The notes: generated by a model from the letters alone, not told the origin. A stretch of DNA of 64,000 nt from an uncultured Pelagibacteraceae bacterium (GCA_902525595.1 CABZHO010000001.1:69977-133976); one strand, 5' to 3'; shown: positions 12,069 to 22,819, counted from the stretch's first letter. Numbers and translations: made by a program.

Positions 12069-13217
12069 TTAATTTGGCAAAGTTTCTTTTGAAAAGAGGT
12101 CAAGAGCGTAATCAAGTTGATTATCTTTTTCAGTTTGTTCATCATATATGAATTTTACTTCGATGTCGGGTAAAATTCCAACTTTGTGAATCGAATCCCC
12201 AGATGGCGTATAATACAATGCAGTAGTCATTCTTATAGCACTTGAGTCATTTAAGGGAAAAATAGTTTGTACCGATCCTTTGCCATAAGATTGCTCACCT
12301 AAAATTATTGCTCTTTTATGATCCTGTAACGCACCAGCAACTATTTCTGATGCAGAAGCAGAGCCTTGATTGATTAAAACAATAATTGGTTTTCCCTTTG
12401 TAATATCACTGCCTGAAGCTGTAAATCGAGATATATCACTTTTATCTCTCCCTTTGATTGAGACAATTTCTCCTGAATCAAGAAAATTATTTGTAACTCT
12501 AGCGGACTGATCAAGAAGACCACCAGGATTACTTCTCAAGTCTAGTATAAAGCCAACAGTATTATTTTCCCCTATTTCTCCGAATAAAGAATTAATTGCA
12601 TCTTTAATTCCTTTATCTGCTTGTTCACTAAATGAGATTAAGCGTATATATCCTACATCACCCTCTCTTCTGTACTTTACAGCTTGAACAGTAATTACTG
12701 CTCTTTTTAAAGTAATATCAATTGTATCTTCTTGACCTATTCTAACGACTTTAATTGTTATTGACTTGCCAACTGGGCCTCTAAGTAAATCTACAGCTTC
12801 AGTTAGGGATAGGCCTAAAACATCGGTATCATCTATATGAGTAATAAAATCTCCAGGTCTTACACCAGCTTTCTGAGCGGGTGTATCATCGATTGGAGAA
12901 ATAACTTTTACATATCCATTTTCCATTGTTACTTCAATTCCAAGTCCACCAAATTCTCCTTTAGTCTCTTCTCGCATTTCAGTAAATATCTCAGTATCCA
13001 TGTACCCAGAATGTGGATCAAGTGATTGAAGCATGCCATTGATTGCATACTCAATTACCTTTTCATCATTAATTTCTTCAACGTAGTTGTTTTTGATTAT
13101 CTCAAAAACATCTCCAAATATATCAAGTTTTTTATATAAGTTTTGATTGCTCGCTGATATGAGATTAAAGCTGAATAACGAAATTGAAAAAACTAATATG
13201 GCAAAAAGAAACTTCAT
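12069..13217 (-). CDS. ctpA: carboxy-terminal processing protease (S41, PDZ-containing)
   Basis: Signal peptide, PDZ region and the S41 motif NQGSASASEIVAGALQD. Confidence 0.9.
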   Translation of the reverse strand: MKFLFAILVFSISLFSFNLISASNQNLYKKLDIFGDVFEIIKNNYVEEINDEKVIEYAINGMLQSLDPHSGYMDTEIFTEMREETKGEFGGLGIEVTMENGYVKVISPIDDTPAQKAGVRPGDFITHIDDTDVLGLSLTEAVDLLRGPVGKSITIKVVRIGQEDTIDITLKRAVITVQAVKYRREGDVGYIRLISFSEQADKGIKDAINSLFGEIGENNTVGFILDLRSNPGGLLDQSARVTNNFLDSGEIVSIKGRDKSDISRFTASGSDITKGKPIIVLINQGSASASEIVAGALQDHKRAIILGEQSYGKGSVQTIFPLNDSSAIRMTTALYYTPSGDSIHKVGILPDIEVKFIYDEQTEKDNQLDYALDLFSKETLPN

Positions 13218-13218
13218 T

Positions 13219-13677
13219 TTAATTTCTATGGTATGGATGATTAACTTCTATAGTAACAGATCTATATATTTGTTCTAATAAAATAATTGCTGCGAAGGAA
13301 TGAGTAAGGGTCATCCTACTCAATGAAATTACTCGATCTGACATTTTTAGAATATTTTTGTCAAATCCATCAGTGCTACCAATAATAAAAACTTTATCCC
13401 TAGTTCCACTTTTAAGAATAAGATCTTTGAAACCATGGGTCGTAAGATTGTCACCTCTTTCATCTAAAATAATTAGTATCTCGTTCTTTCTATTACGAAG
13501 AAGTCTTTCTGATAATTTTTTATGGCTTATTTTTAATGTGTTAATCTGACTAAATTGGTTTTTTGAGATTTTTTTTAGTCTCTCTAAATATATGGTAAAA
13601 AGTTTCTCTTCAAATTCAAACTTAAATTTATCAAGATATAATATTTCTATCTTCATTAAGAAAACCTTTTTATTCAA
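13219..13677 (-). CDS. rlmH: 23S rRNA (pseudouridine1915-N3)-methyltransferase
   Basis: SPOUT fold of about 150 aa, C-terminal EQIYR....HPYHR. The true start may be the internal Met at 13656. Confidence 0.88.
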   Translation of the reverse strand: MNKKVFLMKIEILYLDKFKFEFEEKLFTIYLERLKKISKNQFSQINTLKISHKKLSERLLRNRKNEILIILDERGDNLTTHGFKDLILKSGTRDKVFIIGSTDGFDKNILKMSDRVISLSRMTLTHSFAAIILLEQIYRSVTIEVNHPYHRN

Positions 13678-13993
13678 TTTCTGCAGACCACATATTTTCT
13701 AAATTATAAAATTGTCTAATTTCCTCTTTAAAAAGATGTATTATTACATCCCCACTGTCTATTACGATCCAACCGCTATCTTGATTCCCTTCAATAGATG
13801 GAGTAACAATATCAAGATTTTTTAACTTTTTGTGTACTGACTGTGAAATGGAATTCACATGTCTATTTGATGTGCCTGTAGCAAATACTAAGTGGTCAGC
13901 TAGTGATGTTTTTTTTGATATATCAATTGAAACAATATCAATTGCTTTACTGTCTTCCAATTCTTCTACAATTTCTTTTAGTATATTTATCAT
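13670..13993 (-). CDS. rsfS: ribosome silencing factor
   Basis: 107 aa with D..V.ATG.S.RHV and W.V.D.GDVIIHLF motifs. Confidence 0.9.
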   Translation of the reverse strand: MINILKEIVEELEDSKAIDIVSIDISKKTSLADHLVFATGTSNRHVNSISQSVHKKLKNLDIVTPSIEGNQDSGWIVIDSGDVIIHLFKEEIRQFYNLENMWSAEIE

Positions 13994-14547
13994 TATTTAT
14001 TTCGTATCATAGTAGAGGATTCCTCAGCATTAAAATCATCTATAAAAGTCCATGCAGGTATATCTTCAAAAATTGCTGAACCAATACCTGATTTTTTTTT
14101 AAATTTATCAAATGTTTTTGCAGCAACAGATGCCAGTGGTCGGTACTTTTCTTCATTTCGATTAAAAACAGCAATTGGCATTAGTTTAAAAATATTTTCG
14201 TAGTCGCGCCATTGATCCATTTCACAAAATGAATCGCTACCCATTAAAAAAATAAAAGTTTCATTGGTATAATTTTTTTTTATAAATTTTAAATTATCGA
14301 TAAGAAAAATAGATTCGGTAGAGTCTTCAAAAATTTTTAATTTGATAATTTCATTAGTTATCAAATTCTCAACTTTTTTAAGTCTTAAATCAAATGGTAA
14401 ATATTCTGATTTATTTTTCAGAGGATTCTGCTTTGTTATAAGCCACCATACTTCATCTAGGTTAAAAATTTCAATAGCTTTTAGTGAAAGCTTTAAATGA
14501 CCTGCATGGGCTGGATTAAATGAACTACCCAAAATTCCAATTTTCAT
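13993..14547 (-). CDS. nadD: nicotinate-nucleotide adenylyltransferase
   Basis: GILGSSFNPAHAGH (HxGH) nucleotidyltransferase motif and conserved position upstream of rsfS. Confidence 0.88.
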   Translation of the reverse strand: MKIGILGSSFNPAHAGHLKLSLKAIEIFNLDEVWWLITKQNPLKNKSEYLPFDLRLKKVENLITNEIIKLKIFEDSTESIFLIDNLKFIKKNYTNETFIFLMGSDSFCEMDQWRDYENIFKLMPIAVFNRNEEKYRPLASVAAKTFDKFKKKSGIGSAIFEDIPAWTFIDDFNAEESSTMIRNK

Positions 14548-15804
14548 TTATGGTCTTACCTGCCCACTTCCTCTAACAATATATTTATATGTCGTTAATC
14601 CTTCTAAGCCAACTGGTCCTCTAGCATGAAGTTTGCCAGTTGCTATTCCTATTTCTGCACCTAATCCAAACTCACCACCATCAGCAAATTGAGTTGAGGC
14701 ATTATGCATTACAATAGCGCTGTTAACTGAATTGAGAAATTTTTCAACTTTTGAGTGATTCTCTGAGATGATGCTTTCTGTATGACCTGATCCATACTTT
14801 GCAATATGATCTATTGCTTCGTCCATATTTTTAACTGTTTTAATTGAGATTATCGCATCTAGGTATTCAGTGCTCCAATCAATTTCAGTAGCAGGCAAAA
14901 TTCTATCTGATAGTTCAACACATGCTTTGTCGCCTCTAATTTCACACCCACCACTTAAAAGTGAATCAATAATTTTAGGCAAATGTGTATTTAAACATTT
15001 TTCATCGATCAATAATGTTTCAGCAGCTCCACAAATACCAGTTCTTCTTAGCTTAGCATTTGTAACTATTTCACTTGCCTTATCCGGATCTGAAGTTTCA
15101 TCAACGTACAAGTGACAGATACCATCAAGGTGTCCAATCACAGGTATTTTTGCAGTATCTTGAACTTTTTTTACCAGTCCTTTACCTCCTCTTGGAACTA
15201 CGACGTCAATGAAGTCAACCATTCCTGACAACATATGATCTACTGCAGCTCGGTCAGTTGTATTTATATATTGAACAATATTTTTATTAACACCACTTTT
15301 TGATAATGAGTCCTGCATATATTTTACTAATGCCGTGTTGGTATTAAAACATTCAGAACCACCTCTTAGTATCACACTATTGCCTGCTTTTAGACACAAT
15401 ACCGTAGCGTCAACTGTTACATTAGGTCTACTTTCATAGATAATTCCTATTACGCCGAGTGGCACTGACACTCTTTCAACTATCATACCATTGGGTCTTT
15501 GATTGCTAAAGAGTACATTTCCTACCGGATCATTAAGAGCAATAACATTTTTTATCGAATTTATAATTCCTTCATATCTCTCATCATTCAACAATAATCT
15601 ATCGATCATCGCCTTACTTAAATTTTTTTCTGACTCTTGAATATCTAAATTATTCGCATCAAGTATTTCTTTTTTATTTTTTTCTAAAGACGAAATAATT
15701 TCCTCTAGAATTTTATTCTTCTTATCTTCACTAAAGGATCTGATTTCTTTTGATGCAGTTACGCTTTCAAATCCAAGAGTATTTAGTTCAACATTAATAC
15801 TCAT
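14548..15804 (-). CDS. proA: glutamate-5-semialdehyde dehydrogenase
   Basis: 418-aa aldehyde dehydrogenase fold with the ICGAAETLL catalytic-Cys region. Adjacent to proB. Confidence 0.93.
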   Translation of the reverse strand: MSINVELNTLGFESVTASKEIRSFSEDKKNKILEEIISSLEKNKKEILDANNLDIQESEKNLSKAMIDRLLLNDERYEGIINSIKNVIALNDPVGNVLFSNQRPNGMIVERVSVPLGVIGIIYESRPNVTVDATVLCLKAGNSVILRGGSECFNTNTALVKYMQDSLSKSGVNKNIVQYINTTDRAAVDHMLSGMVDFIDVVVPRGGKGLVKKVQDTAKIPVIGHLDGICHLYVDETSDPDKASEIVTNAKLRRTGICGAAETLLIDEKCLNTHLPKIIDSLLSGGCEIRGDKACVELSDRILPATEIDWSTEYLDAIISIKTVKNMDEAIDHIAKYGSGHTESIISENHSKVEKFLNSVNSAIVMHNASTQFADGGEFGLGAEIGIATGKLHARGPVGLEGLTTYKYIVRGSGQVRP

Positions 15805-16910
15805 AGCAATACTAAATCATCCTTGTGTATCATTTCTTCTCTATAAGAGTAACTTAGAATTTTTCCAATTTCATCACTTTTATGTCCCATAATAGATTTA
15901 CCTTCTTTAGCCGAGTAACTAGATAATCCTACGCCAATTTTTAAATTTCCAAGGGAATAGACTTCAACAACATCACCTCTTTCAAAATCACCATCAATTG
16001 ATTTGACACCTGCAGGTAAAAGGCTACTACCATTTTTCAAAGCATTGACAGCTCCATCGTCAATAACAATTTGTCCAACAGGCTTCATTGTTCCAGCTAT
16101 CCACTGTTTTCTTGCAGCCATCGGAGTTTTAGAAGGTTCAAACCATGTGCATGGTCTTCCGTCAAATAGCGATTTTATTGGTCTTTGTATTGAACCATTT
16201 GTAATTGCTAAGTGACATCCTGAAAGCATTGCAGTTTTAGCTGCTTGTATTTTTGTTCTCATACCCCCTTTACCAAATTCCGAAACAGAGTCACCTATCA
16301 TCTTTTCAATATCTTCACTGATTTCAGTAACCGTTGGTATCAATTTACCATCATCTCCAGTATTAGGATCTGATGAATATAAACCATTTATATTTGATAG
16401 AAGGATTAGGCAGTCAGAACTAGTTATTTGAGCAACACGTGAGGCCAAACGATCGTTATCTCCATATCGAATTTCATTAGTTGCTATTGTATCATTCTCA
16501 TTGACAATAGGCACAATCCCTAGATTAAGTAGAGTATCAATTGTCCTTCTTGCATTTATTGAACGTCTTCTCTGTTCAGTATCGTCTAATGTTAGTAATA
16601 TTTGTGATATTTTGAGTTCATTTTGTTCAAAGGCATTTTTAAATGAAGCCATTAAATGAATTTGACCAACAGCAGAAACTGCTTGATTGAAATCCATTTT
16701 TAAATTTTGCATTTCTAAATTTAGATCTTTCGCACCCATAGCAATAGCGCCTGATGAAACAATAATGACCTCTTTATTATTTTCTCTCAAAAATTTGACG
16801 TCTTCTGCAAGGCTGTGTAACCATTCCTTATTTAATGTACCAGTGTCATGGTCAAATAATAATGCTGAGCCAACTTTGATAACAATTCGTTTTGTTTGTT
16901 CAATTCTCAT
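15801..16910 (-). CDS. proB: glutamate 5-kinase (with PUA domain)
   Basis: N-terminal VIKVGSALL, a GDNDRLA-type motif and a C-terminal PUA region. Confidence 0.93.
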   Translation of the reverse strand: MRIEQTKRIVIKVGSALLFDHDTGTLNKEWLHSLAEDVKFLRENNKEVIIVSSGAIAMGAKDLNLEMQNLKMDFNQAVSAVGQIHLMASFKNAFEQNELKISQILLTLDDTEQRRRSINARRTIDTLLNLGIVPIVNENDTIATNEIRYGDNDRLASRVAQITSSDCLILLSNINGLYSSDPNTGDDGKLIPTVTEISEDIEKMIGDSVSEFGKGGMRTKIQAAKTAMLSGCHLAITNGSIQRPIKSLFDGRPCTWFEPSKTPMAARKQWIAGTMKPVGQIVIDDGAVNALKNGSSLLPAGVKSIDGDFERGDVVEVYSLGNLKIGVGLSSYSAKEGKSIMGHKSDEIGKILSYSYREEMIHKDDLVLL

Positions 16911-17883
16911 GATTTTTTAATTTTAAAATTTGATTTTTTAAATTTTCTAGACCACTACCCGTGAATGTAGATAATATAAAAACCTCAGATTTAATATACT
17001 TTTCAAATTCCAATTTAATTTTTTTTATCTCTTTTGTTTCTAATAAATCACTCTTGTTTAAAACAATAATAGTATTTTTTTTTACAATATCTTTATGATA
17101 ATTTTTCAATTCATTCAAAATTGTTTCATATGACTCTTTTAAATTTTCATTTGTTATGTCTATTACGTGTATCAATGAATGACAACGTTCTATGTGCTTC
17201 AAAAATTTATATCCAAGACCATTACCTAGATGAGCGTCTTCAATCAATCCTGGAATATCTGCAACCACTATTTCTTCGTCGCCTTTTCTTAAAACGCCAA
17301 GTTTAGGGTCAAGAGTTGTAAATGGGTAGTCAGCTACCTTTGGTTTTGCAGCTGATATTTTTCTAAGCAAGCTTGATTTGCCTGCATTTGGAAAACCAAC
17401 TAATCCAGCATCAGCGAGTATTTTAAGTCTCAAAATAATTTCTGCTTCGTGTCCTTTTTCTCCTGGAGTTGCTTTACGTGGAGCCCTGTTTGTTGAAGAC
17501 TTAAAATTGATATTTCCCATACCACCTTTCCCCCCCGGAAAAAGAATAACTTTTTCATCATCAACTATGTCAGCAATAATTTCTTCGTTGAGAAGTATTT
17601 CAGTTCCTACTGGAATCTTTAAAATTAAATCATTACCAGCTGCCCCAGTTCTATTTCTTCCTGAGCCACCTCTTCCTTTTTGTGCTTTAAAGTGTTTCTG
17701 GTATCTAAAATCAACCAGAGTATTAAGAGATTTTGTTCCCTCTAATATGATATCTCCTCCCTTACCACCATTCCCACCATCTGGACCACCAAATTCTATA
17801 TACTTTTCTCTTCTAAAGCTAAGACAGCCGTCACCGCCGTCACCACTTTTCACAAAGATTTTTGCTTCATCAATAAATTTCAT
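16900..17883 (-). CDS. obg: GTPase Obg/CgtA
   Basis: Gly-rich Obg fold (GGDGG, GGNGGKGG), then G1 GFPNAGKSS and G3 DIPGLIE. Confidence 0.95.
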   Translation of the reverse strand: MKFIDEAKIFVKSGDGGDGCLSFRREKYIEFGGPDGGNGGKGGDIILEGTKSLNTLVDFRYQKHFKAQKGRGGSGRNRTGAAGNDLILKIPVGTEILLNEEIIADIVDDEKVILFPGGKGGMGNINFKSSTNRAPRKATPGEKGHEAEIILRLKILADAGLVGFPNAGKSSLLRKISAAKPKVADYPFTTLDPKLGVLRKGDEEIVVADIPGLIEDAHLGNGLGYKFLKHIERCHSLIHVIDITNENLKESYETILNELKNYHKDIVKKNTIIVLNKSDLLETKEIKKIKLEFEKYIKSEVFILSTFTGSGLENLKNQILKLKNHEN

Positions 17884-17915
17884 TTTGGAGATTGGTTTTA
17901 AAAAAGTATTTACTT

Positions 17916-18173
17916 TTAAGCTTTGGGAACAACAGAAATAAAAGTTTTGCCGTTTTTCTTTTTACCAAATTTAACAATACCATCGATTAGTGAAAAAATC
18001 GTATGGTCTTTTCCTAATCCTACGTTGTCACCTGGATGCCATTTAGTTCCTCTTTGTCTTGCAATAATATTGCCAGGAATCACAGTTTGACCACCATATC
18101 GTTTGATGCCAAGTCTTCTACCAGCAGAGTCCCTGCCGTTTCTCGATGAACCACCAGCTTTTTTAGTAGCCAT
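17916..18173 (-). CDS. rpmA: 50S ribosomal protein L27
   Basis: [24 protein letters not shown].. is a canonical L27 N-terminus. Confidence 0.97.
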   Translation of the reverse strand: MATKKAGGSSRNGRDSAGRRLGIKRYGGQTVIPGNIIARQRGTKWHPGDNVGLGKDHTIFSLIDGIVKFGKKKNGKTFISVVPKA

Positions 18174-18177
18174 ATTT

Positions 18178-18606
18178 CTATCCTACTTTCTTCACTGTTT
18201 TTTTCTTTACAGCTTTTTTCTTAATAGTAGTTTTACCTTCAGAAGCTGTTTCAGATGCTGCAGGCTTTTTCAAAACCTTCTTATTTTCAAATCCAGGAAT
18301 CTCAAGAGAGTTAATTTTCAAAAATGTCATATCCTGTCTGTGACCATTCAGCCTTCGATAATTCTTTCTTCTCTTTTTTTTGAATACAAGAATTTTCCTA
18401 TCACGGTCTTGTTTAACGATTTCAGCACTGATTTCAGCACCATTAATTTGTGGTGAGCCAACAGAAAATTTATCTCCATCACAGGCAAAAAGTACGTCGT
18501 TTAAAGTAATTTTGTCACCATCTTTTCCATCAAGTTTATTGACGGTAAGTATAGTGTCTTTACTCACTTTATATTGTTTTCCTCCAGTGGAAATAATTGC
18601 AAACAT
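18178..18606 (-). CDS. rplU: 50S ribosomal protein L21 with Lys-rich C-terminal extension
   Basis: [14 protein letters not shown]21 N-terminus. 142 aa against about 103 typical. The tail is [14 protein letters not shown]. Confidence 0.95.
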   Translation of the reverse strand: MFAIISTGGKQYKVSKDTILTVNKLDGKDGDKITLNDVLFACDGDKFSVGSPQINGAEISAEIVKQDRDRKILVFKKKRRKNYRRLNGHRQDMTFLKINSLEIPGFENKKVLKKPAASETASEGKTTIKKKAVKKKTVKKVG

Positions 18607-18772
18607 AGTAGAAATTCTCTAATTGAGATTTTAAGTGGCCTATATATAAACCTCACTTTTTTTATGTCAATAGCCATATTTTTTATCGAAAAAAACTTAA
18701 AATCTTTGATTTTTATGCATAAAATGTCCATACATTTATTCTACTAATCTTTATTTAATCAATTATTGAACT

Positions 18773-19987
18773 ATGGCTTTATTGATGAAACCTTTTAAGG
18801 CATTTAGGCCTCAGAAAAAAAGAGTAGAGGAGGTTATTCTTCCTACATTTGATAACCTAACTCCACAGCAACTAAATAAAATTCTAAAAAAATCTGAGTA
18901 CAATTTTTTAAATGTTGTAAGTCCAAAAGCTTTTTACCCTAACATATCAAAAACAAATTCGAAAAAACATGCATATAATCACCTTAGTGCAATGATTAAT
19001 AATAAAATTATTATTCAAGAAAAAACAGAATGTTTCTATATTTATCGCTTAAACAAATATAATAAAAATCAGTATGGAATTGTGACTGCAATTGAATTCG
19101 ATGAGGGAAATAAAAAAATTTTAAAACATGAGGCTATCTTTAAATCTCGCTCTACTTCTATATTAGAAACAATTGAACATACCAAAATGCAAATTGGTCC
19201 AGTATATTTATCTTATAATGAAAAAATAAATATTGATTCTATATTTAACAGATACGTTGGAAAAAAACCACTTTACAAATTCAAAACTGCTGGAGGTACT
19301 ACTAGGTCTTTATGGAGAGTTAGTGATCAAAAAGATATTTATTTAATTAAACAAAAGTTATCTAATATCAAAAAGCTTTATATTGCAGACGGCCATCATC
19401 GTTATGCAGCAATTGAAAACTTGTCAAAAAAAATTAATAAAAAAGCACATAAAAAAAAGAAACTAAGTCTTCTCGCTGCAATTTTTAGCAAGGACGAAGT
19501 GAATATTTTAAGTTTTCATCGTTTGGTAAAATTTAAAAAATTTAATAAGAAATCCTTTTTATACGGCCTCAAAAATAAATTTTTATTGAAACGCGAATCT
19601 AAATTTAGAACACCATGCAAACCAGGTTCAATTATGATGTATGTAAAAAGTCAGTGGTATAATATTTCACTTCAGTCAAACGATAAAGTATATTCAAAGT
19701 TTGAAACAGATGTAGATATAATAGAAAAAATAATTATAAAAAATATAGCTAATAAAAAAAGCGGTAACTTGGTTTCAAGTTTAACTAATTTGCCTGGTAA
19801 ATTTGCCTATAAAAAGCTAGTACGAGAAGTCAATGACGGGCGAGCAGATGTAGGATTTTTCATTTGCCCTTTGCCAATGAAGAAGATAATGTCCATCGCA
19901 GATAGAGGAATGATAGTACCAAAAAAATCAACTTATTTTGACCCTAAGCCAGCTGACGGTTTAGTCAACTTGCAAATGGATTTTTAA
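18773..19987 (+). CDS. DUF1015 family protein
   Basis: 404 aa with KPFKAFRP N-terminus and the IADGHHRY motif I associate with DUF1015. The stop lies 1 nt before the serC start. Confidence 0.7.
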   Translation: MALLMKPFKAFRPQKKRVEEVILPTFDNLTPQQLNKILKKSEYNFLNVVSPKAFYPNISKTNSKKHAYNHLSAMINNKIIIQEKTECFYIYRLNKYNKNQYGIVTAIEFDEGNKKILKHEAIFKSRSTSILETIEHTKMQIGPVYLSYNEKINIDSIFNRYVGKKPLYKFKTAGGTTRSLWRVSDQKDIYLIKQKLSNIKKLYIADGHHRYAAIENLSKKINKKAHKKKKLSLLAAIFSKDEVNILSFHRLVKFKKFNKKSFLYGLKNKFLLKRESKFRTPCKPGSIMMYVKSQWYNISLQSNDKVYSKFETDVDIIEKIIIKNIANKKSGNLVSSLTNLPGKFAYKKLVREVNDGRADVGFFICPLPMKKIMSIADRGMIVPKKSTYFDPKPADGLVNLQMDF

Positions 19988-19988
19988 T

Positions 19989-21146
19989 ATGGAAAAACCA
20001 TCAAAAAAACCTCATTACCCATACTTTTCATCAGGACCATGTGCAAAGCCACCAGGTTGGTCATTTCAAAAATTAAGTGATGCCGCGCTTTCAAGATCGC
20101 ATCGTTCAGCTGCAGCAGTACAAAAATTGCAAGAGGTAATTGACAAGTCAAGACAGATTTTGCAAATACCAGATGATTATCTCATTGGAATAGTTCCTGC
20201 ATCAGATACGGGCGCTGTGGAAATGGCAATGTGGTGTCTTCTCGGGCAAAGAGGATTAGAAGTTTACTCATGGGAAAATTTTGGTCATGACTGGAATATT
20301 GATGCAGGTGAACAATTACCGATAGAAAATAAAACTCTTGTTAAGGCTGAATATGGTGAGATTCCAGATTTTAGCAAAAGTAATCCAGATAACGATATTA
20401 TCTTTACATGGAATGGAACGACTGCAGGTGTAAGAGTCAAAAATACTGACTGGATAAGTTCAAGTAGAAATGGGTTAACAATATGTGACGCTACTTCGGC
20501 TGTCTTTTCAATGCAAATGGATTGGCCCAAATTAGATGTTGTAACATACTCTTGGCAAAAAGTTCTTGGAAGTGAGGCTGCTCATGGCATGTTGATATTG
20601 TCCCCAAGAGCAGTTGAAAGACTTGAAAGCTATACGCCTCCATGGCCAATTCCAAAAGTGTTTAGACTTGCACAAGGTCAAAAATTAATATCAGGAATTT
20701 TTTCTGGTACGACAATAAATACACCATCCATGATAAGCGTTGAGGATGTTTTAAATTCTTTAAACTGGGCAATTGAAGTTGGAGGTCTTAGTAAATTAAT
20801 CGAAATCTCAGAAAATAATTTAAAAATTGTAAGCAATTGGTTAGAGACAAATGAAAATTTTGAATTTTTAGCAAAAGATCCTGATACAAGATCGTGTACT
20901 TCAATATGTTTAATTCCAAAGGACCCTTGGTTCAAATCATTAGATCATGACAATAAAGTAAAGTTCATGAAAGAGGTTTGCTCTCACCTCGAGAGTAATG
21001 AAGCAGGTTATGATTTAAATTCTTATAAAACTGCCCCCCCAGGAATTAGAATTTGGGGAGGATCAACTGTCGAGAATGCAAATGTTGAGTTAGTCTTACC
21101 TTGGATAGATTGGGCATATTCAACGACTAAATCAAATTTTCAGTAA
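19989..21146 (+). CDS. serC: phosphoserine aminotransferase
   Basis: 385-aa class-V aminotransferase with the YSWQKVLG PLP-Lys region. Followed by serA. Confidence 0.85.
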   Translation: MEKPSKKPHYPYFSSGPCAKPPGWSFQKLSDAALSRSHRSAAAVQKLQEVIDKSRQILQIPDDYLIGIVPASDTGAVEMAMWCLLGQRGLEVYSWENFGHDWNIDAGEQLPIENKTLVKAEYGEIPDFSKSNPDNDIIFTWNGTTAGVRVKNTDWISSSRNGLTICDATSAVFSMQMDWPKLDVVTYSWQKVLGSEAAHGMLILSPRAVERLESYTPPWPIPKVFRLAQGQKLISGIFSGTTINTPSMISVEDVLNSLNWAIEVGGLSKLIEISENNLKIVSNWLETNENFEFLAKDPDTRSCTSICLIPKDPWFKSLDHDNKVKFMKEVCSHLESNEAGYDLNSYKTAPPGIRIWGGSTVENANVELVLPWIDWAYSTTKSNFQ

Positions 21147-22087
21147 TGAATAAAGTTCTAATCGCAGACAATGTGTCTGACGCTGTTTTTAAAGTTTTCG
21201 ACAAAAATAATATTGAGTATACACAAAAAATTGGTCTTACTGAGGATGAATTAGCATTAGAGATCATCGGTTTTTCAGGACTTGTTATCAGATCAGCCGT
21301 CACAGTAACGAAGAAAATTATAGACTCAGCTGTGGATTTAAAAGTTATTGGTAGACCTGGAGTTGGAGTTGATAATGTCGATTTGAATGCCGCTTCTAAT
21401 AAGAATATAGTAGTTATGAATACCCCAATGGGAAATGTTCAAGCAACAGCAGAACTGACTTTTTCTCTAATACATTCCTTAATGAGAAGAATACCTGAAG
21501 CTAACCATTCCATGCATGACAACAAATGGGAAAAAAAGAGTCTCATAGGATCCGAAATGCATGGCAAAACAATTGGTATCATCGGTTTTGGTAACATCGG
21601 GAAGAAAGTAGCAGAAATTTCTAGAGCGTATGGGATGAACATTTTTGTATACAGTGAGTCTCTTGATGAAAATTTACAAGATCAGTACGGCGTGACTAAG
21701 AAGTCACTTAATGAACTTTTATCTGATGCAGATATTATTACATTTCATAATAAATTATCTGATAAAACAAAATTTATGATCAATAGAGACACTTTAAAAA
21801 AAATAAAAAACAGTTCAATTATCATAAATTGTGCACGAGGTGGAATTATTAATGAAAATGATATTAAAGAGGCTCTTTTATCAGGTGAAATCTCTGGATA
21901 TGGTTGCGATGTATACGAAAATGAACCTGAACTAAAAAGTATATTTTCAGGAATGCCTAATGTAGTTATGACACCTCACATCGGGGCAAGTACAAGAGAA
22001 GCCCAGGAAAAGGTAGCCGTGCAAATAGCTGAACAAATGAGCGATTTTTTATTAAATAATAAAATCATTAATCAAGTAAATAAGTAA
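21146..22087 (+). CDS. serA: D-3-phosphoglycerate dehydrogenase, short form without ACT domain
   Basis: 2-hydroxyacid dehydrogenase NAD fold GIIGFGNIGKKVA plus the catalytic H (TPHIGAST). Only 313 aa. Sits in serC context. Confidence 0.75.
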   Translation: MNKVLIADNVSDAVFKVFDKNNIEYTQKIGLTEDELALEIIGFSGLVIRSAVTVTKKIIDSAVDLKVIGRPGVGVDNVDLNAASNKNIVVMNTPMGNVQATAELTFSLIHSLMRRIPEANHSMHDNKWEKKSLIGSEMHGKTIGIIGFGNIGKKVAEISRAYGMNIFVYSESLDENLQDQYGVTKKSLNELLSDADIITFHNKLSDKTKFMINRDTLKKIKNSSIIINCARGGIINENDIKEALLSGEISGYGCDVYENEPELKSIFSGMPNVVMTPHIGASTREAQEKVAVQIAEQMSDFLLNNKIINQVNK

Positions 22088-22806
22088 TGTCTCATAAGTT
22101 AATTTTAATCAGACACGGAAAAAGTGTTTGGAATTTAAAAAATATTTTTACTGGGTGGGTAGATGTAGAATTAGATGTTCAGGGTGAGCAAGAAGCAAGC
22201 CTGGCAGTAGATTTAATTAAGAATGCAGATATTGTTCCTACTTATGCATTTACCTCTTATCTTAAAAGAGCTCAAAGGACACTTGAAATTATTTTAGAAG
22301 GATTAGAAATTAAAAATTTACCACAAGAAAAATCTTGGAGACTTAATGAAAGACATTACGGAGCGCTTCAAGGATTAAATAAGGAAGAAGTTAAAATCAA
22401 ATATGGAGATGAACAATTTCTAAAGTGGAGAAGAAGTTATGATACTCCACCACCGCAACTTGACATTACTAGTGATATGAATCCAAAAAATGATCCTCTT
22501 TATTCTAACATTCAGTCACTACCATTATCAGAGTGTTTAGCAGATACTTATCAGCGGGTAATTCCTTATTGGGAAAAAACTATAAGACCAATAGTACTAA
22601 AAAATACTACTATTATTTCAGCACATGGAAATAGTTTAAGAGCATTGTGTAAATACCTTTTTGAAATTTCAGATAATGATATTGTTAAATTAGAGATTCC
22701 CACCGGCAATCCTTTACTGATAAGCCTAAATAATAGTTGCAAAATTCATTCGGCAAGTTATCTTGACTCCTCACGATCTGAAATTTTACCAGATTTTATT
22801 GATTAA
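22087..22806 (+). CDS. gpmA: 2,3-bisphosphoglycerate-dependent phosphoglycerate mutase
   Basis: [18 protein letters not shown] (RHG motif), ERHYGALQG, and HGNSLRAL. Confidence 0.93.
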   Translation: MSHKLILIRHGKSVWNLKNIFTGWVDVELDVQGEQEASLAVDLIKNADIVPTYAFTSYLKRAQRTLEIILEGLEIKNLPQEKSWRLNERHYGALQGLNKEEVKIKYGDEQFLKWRRSYDTPPPQLDITSDMNPKNDPLYSNIQSLPLSECLADTYQRVIPYWEKTIRPIVLKNTTIISAHGNSLRALCKYLFEISDNDIVKLEIPTGNPLLISLNNSCKIHSASYLDSSRSEILPDFID

Positions 22807-22819
22807 GAAGGGAATATTT

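Noticed and set aside
17378-17941. 187-aa ORF antisense to obg (Pro/Ser-rich). Similar long antisense ORFs occur at 7480-7893 (in atpA), 23485-23817 (in phaA), 35409-35714 (in etfA) and 6838-7176 (in atpH).
   Set aside because: They are shadow frames of well-conserved genes with low-complexity or biased composition. None has an RBS or recognisable motifs. The sense-strand products are unambiguous.
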